A stretch of 64,000 nucleotides of DNA from assembly GCA_903813345.2 (NCBI GenBank), contig CAIIXF020000001.1, positions 12,400,001 to 12,464,000 on the forward strand, given 5' to 3'. Positions 1 to 13,300 of this stretch are shown piece after piece. The notes beneath the pieces are model-generated. The model ran no database searches. It saw nothing but the letters and a program-made list of their open reading frames with translations, and was not told the origin of the DNA. Numbering within the stretch: the stretch's first letter is position 1; each line of letters starts with the position of its first letter. Position numbers and translations under genes: made by a program. The DNA is from Owenia fusiformis. Its lineage: Eukaryota.

Positions 1-794
1 CATGCGCGTTTAATTAATAACTGATAGTGAGAATTTGCAACAAATGAAAGCATAGCACGGAAGTTAAACCCAATCACGGCAACAAGAACATTCAGATTGA
101 TAAATGAAAGCCGTGGTATTGGGTTTAACTTGTTGAACTAAAATAATGGATGAAAAGTGTATGAGTGTGTTTTAGTTTTTATACCTTGTATTTTTGAAGT
201 AAAACCATAACAGTTTTGATGCGAGAGCATAATGATTGGCTAATATTGACCATTGATAACTCTTTCTAAATTATAAATGCATTGATTCTGAAATGTCATA
301 CTTCTTTTTTGATTGATGTTTCAAAACAAATACATTAAGCTTAGATGAACTATGATCTGTCTGAAATGATTGGTTGTCTTAGCTTTTTGTTCTATCTTTG
401 GATCGATATATTATGACACCTACGACTTACATAAATATTGATATTGTATCGATGTCAATGGATACTGTGAGCTTTAAAAGGTTATTGAATTTCGAATCAA
501 TGTATCTGTATGGTATTAAATATACATATTGTGATCGGAATACAATATTTCTCGATCTCATCTGGCCTTTTGCAAACATTGTCCCAGACAGGAAATCAAC
601 ATATGTCTACTATTGTAATGTATTACAATCATATTATATACTTATTTACCTATTATGTAATAACTTGATTGATTATGGATGATATCTGCAGTTAGTTGGC
701 ACCGGAAACACTCAGAGGGAAATTGGAGTTAAGGTAAATTGGTTTCTGGAACAAAATCTTAAAATATATGTCAACACAATAGACATCTAGTTAC

Positions 795-1170
795 CCATAA
801 ACTCAATGGTACATCACTCAATATATATATCAAATCAAATGTATATCAACTCAATAATATCAACCCAATATACATCAACTCATGTATGCATCAATTCAAT
901 GGTGCATCAACTCAATGTGCATCAACTCAATTTATATTAGCTCAATATATATCAACTCAAGGGTACATCACTTCAATGGTGCATCAACTCTATTGTAAAT
1001 CAAAAGTAATCTACATTGGCTCAATTCAATAGAAAATCAACCCAATTGCACATCAACTCAATTATACATCAACTCAGACAACATCAACTCACACTATATC
1101 AACTCAAGGGTACATCAACTCAGACTTTGTCAACTCAATTGTACATCAACTTAGTGATCCATAAGCTCAA
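795..1170. repeat. Degenerate ~18-bp tandem repeat (core CATCAACTCAAT)
   Basis: Many imperfect copies such as tacatcaactcaat, gcatcaactcaat and tatcaactcaag. Confidence 0.85.
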
Positions 1171-1379
1171 TAAATCCTAATGTTGAGTAAATACAAATAC
1201 AGTTAATACACAGACAGATTACTTTTGCCATTGATCCTAAAGTATAGATTAATATACAATTTCTGATGTCACGCAACGCTGTGTACTAACAATTAATTAC
1301 TGAAGTGCATACTGACATTATTTTGTTTTATTTCACGATACATATTTTTTATAGTTAGGATAATTAATTAATAGGCAAA

Positions 1380-4300
1380 ATGGCTGCAAAAATGATACAA
1401 TCACTAACAAGGTATGTTTGACAGAATTAGTAAATATATATTTTTACTTATTTATTTATTTTATGATTTTATCTTGTATTATTCTGTTATTTGCAGTACA
1501 AGGTTTTCATGTGATAAATTTTATATTTTGTTACATATAGTATTGCACTTTGGTCTTTTGATTGCTTATTTTAGATTTGATTGACAGACAGAAAAAAGTG
1601 AAATAGACTATAGTATTGTTCTTTCTTTAAGCTTTGGTAAAATGAATAAAACCTTATCTAAATACACAGCGTGTTAGTTATCTTAATATTTTATCAGCCT
1701 ATAGGGCTTTAATCTTAAGTATTATCTAAATATGCCAATTGATCTGGTTTATAAGATCAAGGAATCCAATTCTTGAATGTCAGAGTGACCTTGTAATATT
1801 CTACTGCTGTCTTTATTGACCATTTCAGTTACATGATCTGATAAAACAGTCACTTTGGTAAGTGAAGAAGCATGTCATTTTAGTATTACAACATATGTTT
1901 TGCAGACTTCTAGTATCTTGGTACATTTTCCTTTATATGATTCAACTCTTAAGTAACAAGCCCCATGAAAATGAGCACCCAAAAATATTCAGAATTTTAG
2001 ATAAGGTCTCTGCAAGAAACATATTTGCAAAATAATTGAATCATCCATTTTGTGTCTGTTAGCAACATAATCAACTAATATTTTTGACCAATCAGCGAAG
2101 GGGATTGTTTCGGACCAATAAAATTAAAGTTCAGCGTTACTTGGAGATAAGGTCACAACAACACAATAGGAGGTTATTCTCCCTCTTATGTCAGGTTGAA
2201 CAAATTCACCATTTCTAAATCTACTTTAGAAAGTCATTCAATCATGATTTCCTAGTAAGTCTTAATCAATTCAGATCATCTGTACTTTAGTGACAGCTAT
2301 TTTGTATCCATATGATATGTGATATATGCCATATCCAATGAGCTGACTAAATTCTATATCTCCTACTCAATCCAGTGAGATATCATGTTTGCCTGCTTCT
2401 GTGAGTTAGTAGTATGCAACATCTCATAAGAGGAAAAGAAAAAAGATTGATTTAAATTATCGATGAAAATAATTTGTTATAGCAGATGTGACCACAACAA
2501 TTTGATGTTCATTTTTTCATTATCAGTCTTATAACAGTGATTTCAAAAATAAATAGCTGAGTAAAAGGCATATTCTTCAGGGAGGTATGGATATCTCCCT
2601 CAGGATATATCCAATTATCAATTTCAATATTCATATTTTGTATTGTTGAAGTGGCAAACCATTTATACCTACAGTTAGTCGATATTGTACTTTATAGCCG
2701 TGAGTCTATCCTTTGATGTTTTACTATTCATTCCATTATTTCTAATATAAATACTTTAATGCAAATTTCTATGACAGATATCCCGTTGGAAGGAAATGTT
2801 GAATTGAGAAATCACTGACACCATTAAGTACCACTTGTCTAATTTGCATATGACTTTATTAAGTACCATTTGTCTAATTTGCATATGACATTGGGTATGA
2901 CTCTGTTCCTCTAATAGGGTTTTATATCCAGGAAGGACCCTTGCATCATATGAACATTTTATTTGTATTTACTTGTACTATGTTTTCGGAAATGGTCCTA
3001 ATGTTGATAATATACAGCCTAGAGTATGTCTACAAGAAAACACATCCAACTTTAGAAAGTTGGTCTGAAAAAGGGTTGAATTTCCTGGTGATTTATCTTG
3101 GAGTAGCTGTGCCCAATTGAGTTTTGAATAGAATACTGATTTAAACTGGTTTGTAAATCTAAAACAATGGGCCCAGGTTATTGAAGAGGCCCTAATGCAA
3201 GGACATGATCCATAATCAATTATGTCATCAAAAACTACTTTTCTTTTAAATTTTTATTACTAGTAGTACATAAGTTATGTCAACCCATTCATTATACAGA
3301 ATTTAATTCGCTATGGCTCATAGGCCCAGTATTTATTTAATGCTGGAACATGAGAATATAGAAGCGGAGAAAATGATACGCTTTATACATGTGCACGCTC
3401 TTTGATCACATTGTAACCTATTCAGATAAGCACGTTAAAAATCACTAGAGCAGGATCAATTAATATAGAATAGTTAACATCTGTGTATATTTTATGGAAC
3501 GTTTAATTGTTGGTTCAGATACAATATTACTAGTTGAGTTAGTTTAGGAGGTAATACACAACATACATAGATGTATAAATAAGATATAGAGAGGAACGTC
3601 TCCACCTGCTCAAACATCAGTCCAGGTTATTGACAAAATAGTATTTTCAGATTGAAGTTATTACAAGTCACACAGATGGTACTTGGAGTAAGCCATTTAT
3701 AGAGGAATGATTCACTTAATATAGGAATATATGATTTAACTTAGTCATCTTGACAATGAACAAAGTAGAATTATTCTGCTAATTGCAATATCAGACATAC
3801 ATGTACATGCCCTGAACCTTCATAAGAACTACTAGATTCTAAGTAATTGTTTGCAATAGTCCCAATTGAGATATATTGGCACGTCTGGACAGGGGATAAG
3901 TTGGATTAAATACTTCAGCTGCTAACTGCAATGTTGCGGATAGGAATTAGGGATCTCTCAACGTAGGTAGAATTTGTTATAATGTTTGCGAGGCATATTA
4001 TATAATCTTTATGAAGTGTGTATCTTTTATCTACAGAGTAGAAATAACTTCAATATTTATTCAATTTTTAGAAACTAAAATCAGTATCAATTATCAATTA
4101 TGGAAATTTTTCTACTGTTCTAAGAAATTTTTTTAAATTGCCATTTAAAAGAGGTACTCAGGTAAAGCAGAATGCCATTTGAACTTCAAACTCAAATTTG
4201 CAAATTCTACATGGTACTATAAAACTTTGAAAATTTTTGAAAAAACTGTTTAATATTTTATATCAACACTACTATCACACTGAAAATGGTAAGATAATGA

Positions 4301-7300
4301 TTTTCAATTCTTCCACTGCATCTAGTTAGAATTTCAGGTGTGTATGCCATACCTGTAATTACTTCCATGTTATCTTAGCTTCTTAACAGAGGAAGCAACA
4401 ACCCCCTGATGAGGAAACTACTTGCACTTCACTTGTAATTTGTTACTAAGAAATGTACATAATGTTATTGTATATCAGGGAGAAAGGGAGTAAATAATTA
4501 GATTTCCAGCTTTAGGAAATAGCATTTTAGCTGTCATCAAAATAACATATATATTAAAAATCCTGGTGTTGTCTTCTTGGAGATTTTGAATAGTTTAAGT
4601 TTTAAAACTAATGAATCTTACTGAGGAATTTTGAGACAAAGTCTAGTAGAGATAATATTTGAAATCTGAGTTCAAACTTTTCCAGAAAATAATGATTAGA
4701 GAAATTGTAATTCTTATCATCCCCTTTTCACGTATGGTAATTATGTGAATGCCATCATGGGATTTCTTTTAATTTTCAGCACCAGTTCTCACCAAATTAC
4801 CAATACTACATAAAACAGCTTTGAAATGGACTCTTGTTAAGGATGTGTGTCATGTAATTGTCTGATTGTATTGTTGGGCTGGCAAGCCATAATTATTTTG
4901 TATTACGTCATTCTTGACGGTGATCGAGGCTTACGCCATATTGAAATAAACTGGACAAAGTCAGCCAATATATCTCTTAGTGTTATTCGAAATATAACGT
5001 AACAGAACAATGTGTAACATTATGCCAATGTATTATTGCGTGAGACATTGTTCATTCAGGAAATGCATCATTTAGGTACTTACCAATCAGGAGGCTTTAC
5101 AATATTTTATCATTCAAACAATAAAGTGTGTGTACATGTAATTTGTACTTAAATGTAAGCGAAATATTATTTTTTATAATCAACCAAATGTTTGGTCACT
5201 GACTTTATTTTTTAAACATTTTATGCTAATAAGTCGATGAAAACATGGAATGAGAATCGAGTTGCCTGTTTTATTATATGAGTTGTATTATGTTTTGTAT
5301 GAGTTGTCATATGAATATTCTGAGTTGGCCTATGCCTTAAAGATTGTATAAGCTGTGTTATATACAAAGTATGAGATGACTCTTTTACTTTAACAATTGT
5401 ATGAGTTGCCCTGTATATTCAAAGACTCCTTTGTATCGTGTGGGTTGTTAATGATTTTAAACGGATTCAATCATGGCAAGAACAAAAATCTGAGCTTCCA
5501 AAATACATTGTTTCCATTCGAAACGGAAATAGTGACAATAAAAGCAAGCTAATGCTCCATTATCAGGTTACCATACAAATGGCAATTTAACATGCAAATA
5601 TTGGGATTGCAGTTGATTGTAATAGAAGTTTCCCCCAAAATATGTGCTATGTCATTTACTTTTTTGTAGAGATCAATGGTAGTCTGGCGTAAAACCCTCC
5701 CCTTACCTACTTCACAAGGTTGTGTTGTGTGTTTGTGAAGGTGAAGTAGATTTGATGTACATTAGAAAAAATCTAGAAAACTAAATTTCTTATCAAATGC
5801 TTCTACTGGAAGACCAGTCATGCTGAAACGAAGACACAATGTCTTCATGCATTTCTAGTTGATCCCTAGTGGCATGGCTCAACTTCTGTTTAATAACCGC
5901 AGAATGCCATTTTGAAACCTTGTCTTGAAAAATAATAAAACACTGAAAATAGTACTCAATTTCAGGAAGTTAATAAATCATCTCATATTATGGGAATGTC
6001 TCTGGAGACTTTCACCTCCATATCATAACTTTTCTCTTAATGGACCCTTGGCACTTTTAACATTAGTTCATCTGTGAATTGGAGTGGATGTTACATGAAG
6101 AATCATTAAGCTTCCACCCTATGGCCAGTGTGGGTTATGCTGTATTGTATAAACCACAAGGATATGATTTATCATGATTTGATTGTCTGCTTCAGCTCAT
6201 TTTTCCCAATGGGGTTGGTGTTGCGTGTACACTTGAGTAATAATGATATTAGAAGGAATTCAGTTCAGGAGGGACATAGTGAAGCTTGAGTCTTATTCTA
6301 TCACTTAGTTCGTTCATTTGTTTTGGTAGACAGTAGTTCAAATATCAATGGCCCTATGATAATTATTTTACATGTATGTTATTTAGCAAAGAACGCGAAT
6401 GTCTATTGCATCCGTTTCTATATAAGTGGTCTACTAATATTTAGTGTATTGAAGTGCTTTAAGCCACAGGAAAAGAATATTGAATTTGTCCAACTCTCAT
6501 TTATTCTTTATATGTGTTCCAGACATATACAGCACTATATACAGCAACTTATTTCCTTGAATGCATTGTCATAATAATAATAATAAAAACATTTCAAAGA
6601 ATATTGAATGTAATGTGACACAAGCGCTACACAGGGAGATATGCCGAGTACTAAAATAGTACTCATGGCATATTAGTGCTTACAGAGTACTCATTTCAGT
6701 AAATATAAGTACTAAATGAGCACTTATGACATGAGTACCAATTTGTTGCATGTTTTAGTACTAAATTAGCACTCATGACATGAGTGCTCATGAGTGTACT
6801 TTTTCCAGAGTGATAATTTAGTACTAATTTTGTACTAATTGAGTAATCGGCATATCTCCCTGTGAATACTCCTGAAAACTAAATCCCTTTGTGAAACTCT
6901 TTTCCAACTCTATTCTAACTTGTTCTTTATATATCTGCTTTCAAGGAATATGCCTGCTAGCAGTTCAGGCTACCAGCCCGCCAGATCACACGCCTACACC
7001 AAATGGGACACAGAAAAAGATGAGGTCACCGTTGATTACAAAAAGGTCGGAGAAGATGGAGATGGAACTTGGTTCAGTGGACGTAAAGGTGCAATCATCA
7101 AGGGCCTTATCGTTATTGTTGTGTTCTTTGTCGGCCTTGTTATTGGCTATGTCATAAGAAGAGGAGTCCACGAAAATAGTTCCAAGCCTAATACACCATG
7201 CCTTTATGGTACACCAATGATAAAGGTGAGTATTCTATTGGGTTAGTTATTAACAAGATAAATTATATAAGTTTTACCCCATAATTAAATAGGACTGGGA

Positions 7301-10300
7301 ATGTCTGGAAATACTAAGAAAATTGCTTTAAGTTCAAATATTTTATTCATAGAATAGAGCTTTGATGTGTATATAGTATGGGCAGATTTTTCACTTTTCA
7401 AAAAGTCTTTATTATTTGGTGACACAAACTGCTCAGCCAGGATGTAATGCTCTATCTTGCCTGCTGTTAAATGAATAACATTTTACAAATCCACTTTGTA
7501 TGAGTATGTCTCAAACACATCCAAGTGTGGAATAAAATGTAATTTATGATATCTCTGTTCTGTTCTAGGACTTCTCAGATGATGCAAGTTTTGATCTTGT
7601 ATCAGGAATAGAGGCAAAGAGCATAGAGCAGGACCTCAAGTAAGTGCTAGAAAATACATCTAGGATTTCAAAAGTTTTATATTGAGTATTGCATTGGATT
7701 TCTGATCCTTTCTCAAGTTCCGCTACATTGTTGATGGAACAGAAGTAAGTTGATATAAAGGAAAATTCAGAAAAAACCTACTACTCATCTGCCAATTGTT
7801 GACGGACTGTCATCTGTCCGTCAACAATTTTAGGGAAAACTGAAAACTGCCATACATCTGAACAAATGCTCATATCCGTTTTATGGGGCTTCATGCTGGT
7901 AATTTACACCATTCATCCAACTCCAACTTTTCCATTAGGTTTCATCCCCATGTGAACCCAAGGAAAAGTACCATTTTGCAAGACTGTTACACTTCAAGAT
8001 ATTGAATTGAACCTTGTATGTACATACATGTATATATACATATATACAGTTATTGTACAGTACTGTGATACCTACCAACTGGAATAACTTTTTAGTCCCA
8101 TGACCTATACTTAATATTAATAAAACCTCATTAGTGGAACACATTTTTATGGAGCAAGGGTGTTCCACTTACACAGGTTTTACTGTATACTTATTATTTG
8201 CCAATTATATCAGTGCATACAGTGGTTATACCCTTTGCCATGCTACCATATTAAATACACAGTAGCTCTCCAATTATATCAGTACATACAGTGGTTATAC
8301 CCTTTGCCATGCTACCATATTAAATACACAGTAGTTCTCCTTGGATTATCATTTAGGTCTAAGGTTTGATATGAAATTTTGAGATATGAATGAAATTGCA
8401 CCCCTATTATAAGCCCTTTCATTAAATTACACTACTTGTAAAATATTATTAAATCTAATCAACTTTCATCAATTAAAAAAGTAAACTTTCTCAGTTTACT
8501 GTTTGTACCAATCTTGGCTAGATTTTCAGCTGATAATATTATTATTTTGCAAGAATAGGGATTGTGTTCTGACATTTCCTGGGAGGTCGGACGCTAACAA
8601 ATAAGATATGGCTGATAGGCCACTCTAAATGGATTCTTTTACCACTAGATTGAGTAGACTTGAATCACTAAAACATCAAACACAGAAATTAATTTGCCAT
8701 TTTCATATCTCTCTCTGATAAATATAAATGAATAATGGAGTTATAAGATGAAAAGAAATGTGTATGAACACTCATATTCTCTATTGTGATGTCTGATATG
8801 GACTCGGATAAAAGAGTTTTATATAGAAGTGTTTATGAATGAATTATTTTGTGATGGAGCACTCCAAATCTGGTCTCCATGGCTTCGACGTATAATGTCA
8901 GATACACACATCTCTATGGGTATTCCTTTATTTGAATAACCGATTCTGATGTCAATAAATCCTATTCCCATTTGAGCCTCTGACCTTTTGAATTGGCGAT
9001 AAACGTGAAAAGTTGTTTGTAACATCATTTATTTCATACCCTTACTGCTGAAACACAATCAAATATTTGATATTGTTCATATTTTTTTATTATAAAATGT
9101 ATACCGATATTCACATTTCCACCCTAATAAAATCACCAGAAGATTTTCTGTTGTCACCACCACAATTGGTGCCACATTGTCATAGTCTCCATCATTTTTG
9201 TAGATGGTATTCAGCAACCGGTGTTTGATGGTTGGTGTTCAGTGGTTGGTGTCTGTTACAAATGACAGGTGGTGATATTTTGCATGTTAAACCCTTGTTG
9301 TTGTATTATATGACATTGTGCTAACTTTATCTCATTTTAGAGAGTTTACTACAGCTGTTCATATAGCGGGAACTGAGAAGAGTAATGAGCTGGGGGACCT
9401 CATTTCCAGTATATGGAAGGAGAACAAACTCATGGAAGTTTCTAAGAAGTCATATGATGTACTCCTGTCTTATCCAGATTATTTGTAAGTAGGGTGTCCT
9501 GTATATGGGTTACTTTTGAAATTTGTTTTTTAATTTTTAAATGCCAATAGCTGTAATTTTCATCCTAAATAATCCTAGAATATCTTTTTTTTTGATATAT
9601 ATATTTTTTTATTTTTTTTATTTGATATATATAACTTACAAAATAATGTTACCAATCAATAGATACAGTGACTTGCATATACATTTTCTTTTCTGAAAAT
9701 GAAAAAAATCTTAGATAATTATAGAAGAGAAGGAAGGAAAAGTTTTGTGATTGTGCTAATGAAATAACTTTTCAAAGTCACTGTCTATTGTTTTTGAAAA
9801 TTTCATATCGTTATGATTTATTTAGGATGAGAATTGAATATTAGACATTTTAGATATTTTACAAAAAGTAAATTTACATTACATGTATATCATATTTTGA
9901 AATGCCGGTTTTTGATAAACAGATAATCCATTTTAACTGAGATGTAATTGTTGTCATAATATGTTTTATGATCACATATTATGAGTACAAAAATGATGTT
10001 TGTTCTTTATGAGAAATGTATTTCTTATGAGATGCACACAGAGTTATGTTAGTGTGCTAATAAAATATGCCCTCTAAGTAGAAGTATGACATTTTACATG
10101 TAAATAATATGCGCAACAGGTTTATCAGCTCTAACTGAAGTGTTTCTTCCCTTGATGTAACAATACACAACTGTAGTGTAGTTTAAATATCTATATTAAC
10201 AGGGGCAGATCTGAAAACTGACAGGGGGGACCCAATTTCTGAGCCCCTAAAACCCCAACATTTTTCTGAGCCCTGGGCCCCTCTTCTCAGATCCGACAGT

Positions 10301-13300
10301 GATGAATTTGGTTGTTTATAGATTGTTTATGCTTAATTGAGCTCATTTATTAAAATGGATGTTTGAGGTTGCTCATCATACTTGCTTACCATGATTTTCA
10401 GTGAAAACTTCATGTACCTTCTTAATCCAAGATAGTTTCTCATGGCTATAAACTATATTTGATGCTCAGGGAATGATGCTTTGGCATGTTTCAGGCTTAG
10501 TTGTGAACTTTTCCATTCTCTAGGGGTCGTAACTATTTAACGATTCTATTTCAAATAATAGATTTTCTTCTATACTTGTAGTGACAAGCCTAATAAGGTT
10601 GAGATCTTGGATGGAGCTGAGGGGGTTGTATACGAGTGTAACACTAAGGCACCACGTGATAGCTTCCATCCAGAACTGAGGCCTTTCAATGCATACTCTC
10701 CCAATGGAACTGCACAGGTATGTGACTACATAATATGGGAAATATTTAATTTACATACATTTATCTGAAGAATTATTAACCAGCAGGTATGTGAATACAT
10801 ACGGAAAATGTTTCAATTACATGTATTTTTCTCCTAAAGAGATGGCCAAAACTTTCCCTCTTTAATGATTTTCAAATTTTCACTTGAGTTCAAATAGATT
10901 TTTAACTGAATTTGCGGTTTTCAAAAATTTTGCAGAATTTGAGTTTCACTGAAAATTTAATTTTTCCAGTCAACCACCTCATCTCATCTCATATTTGTCA
11001 CTCACCTTGACACCTTAGACAGTCATTTGTCATCAGAAACTGGAGTTGTGAGGATTTCCATGGAGAATTGTGAAATACTTGTATGTTTAAAAATCTCAAA
11101 CTTCTGCCTTTTGCACTTAATAAAGATTACATCTAATATATCACGAAATTTGAATTCCCTGGAATTTTGTGACACTTCAGATGAAGCCATTGCAGAATTT
11201 ATCTTTGAATTCTGTATTTCATGCAGAAATTGGCGCAGAGTTTGACTTTTTCATGCAGAATTTCTGCCCAGAATTTGCATATTTCTCATGCAGAATACGA
11301 GGATGTGTGATTGTCACAATTGAATGCCATTCTCTATGGAGGATTCACCGTATACCCAAATTAAAATCTATTTATATCCACTTTTATATTCTATTTCAAT
11401 ATCATATTCTGCCCAGTTTTCTTTGTCAAGGTAGGTGAACTTAGAATTTGCACAAAATCTCTAGGGAAAGAATTTCATTTGTTTGAGAGGAGATTGCTCA
11501 GCTGTTTTGGTGTGAGTCTCTCAAGCAATGTTCAAGAAATAAGGCAACAACCACCTTTAATAAGTCTTGCTTCTTAGAATATGATGCTAATAACCATAAG
11601 GAAAGACATTGTTACTCTGAGACTTTCATTTGATATTTGTAAGCTTTATTAATGGCCTGAACTGTCTCTGAGGATTACACCATTATTATGGTCCATGATT
11701 AGTCAACTTGTTACAAAGTACTTGGTACTAAGCTAATATAATGTTATCCATACTTCAAAGTCATCTATTTATTCTGAATACATTGACTTCAGTCCAAATC
11801 TCTTTTTTGTAAGTGAAGTCAATCAAACCAAAAGAAATAATCACTCATCAGATATAATATGAAATATATACCCATATTTAGGTACTTTGACCGGGTGTCA
11901 CTGATTCCATGTGTGCTTTATTCTATGAATTTGACTCTTTTTTCTAGGGAGAGCTTGTATATGCTAACTATGGACGCCTAGAAGACTTTGCTCATATTGC
12001 TTCTAAGGGGGTGAATATCTCTGGAGCCATTGTAGTGATGAGATATGGCAAGATATACAGAGGAAATAAGGTTAGTCAACAATTTTACGTCATGTTCAGT
12101 TTTCTTACACAGCCACTCTACATCCATGTGGAACTTATGCTGCAAGGATCCAAGTGGATTTCATGTAAAAATCCTTGTAGAATCTGCATGATCAGATTGG
12201 GAGTGTAAATGTTTGATTTTTATTCAGTTTTATAAAACGAAATGCAGTGGCTTATCTTCTTTAAAGACCTCACTTTAGAATGATTTTTCGTATTTCCTAA
12301 CAATGTGACAAATAACTCAAACACAAAGAACCATTTATAGCATCAACTCATCCTTTGTCCAATGGTATTTCAATTTATTCCAAGAGCTGGGACAGTGAAT
12401 GCCCAATCTTGAAGGATGACATCAACTATTATCCTCGGTCTCTTTGTGTCATTTAGATTGATCACTGGTCAGAATATGTAGCAGGCCAAAAGTAGTTTGT
12501 TCACCACATACAACACGATTGGTTAACATGTAAATGTTAATCATATACAACTTAAAACATATTTTCAGAGAAATTATTACAAACTATTCACCTTCACTAT
12601 TTAAAGAGATATTCAGGTACAATAACTTACTATCAGATGCACAGAACTTTTCAACATGTAGAATTTAAAAATATCCAGTTCTATATTTTCAAGATGAATT
12701 CACAACATTTCAATGCTGAAATTTTGGTCATTGCAATATACAGTAAAGTTATAAACCCGTGACATGCAAGTCCATGGATCTACTGGTGAAATTGTTTTTA
12801 CAGCAGCTTTCCCTCAATACAAAATGAAGAGATACAAGATCGTTGGGGAAAAGTCAATGATTTTAATCAAGCAACACCATTAATCAGTGTTAAAGTGGAT
12901 CACAAGCTTATGTATCCCTGGGAATATCTATGAAGAATCAAATTAGGGGGATGCAGTCACCCTCAGAAAAGATTTACTTGACTAGCCATGCATCAGATAA
13001 CAGCCTGCGATCAAATGAGATTTTTATCACTTGATTTATTGAAGTATTTTGCTTCCCTTGATAAAATTAATTAATGAATTATCAATCTCTGTCATACTTG
13101 TACGTGATAATATACATCCCACTTGGTCCCGAGACATGTAAAATGGAGTTCAAATAGGTAGACAGATGAAACTCTCTTTTAAGGAGGTAAAATCAAAATA
13201 TTGAAAATGGAATAATAACTTGAAATTAAGTCATAATATCAATTTTTATATATTTTTCAGGTTCAGCATGCAACTGATCAAGGGGCTATAGGAGTTATAT

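Noticed and set aside
692-733. Possible non-coding upstream exon of the peptidase gene (ctgcag|...aag|gtaaat)
   Set aside because: Only splice-like dinucleotides support it; cannot be confirmed without transcripts.
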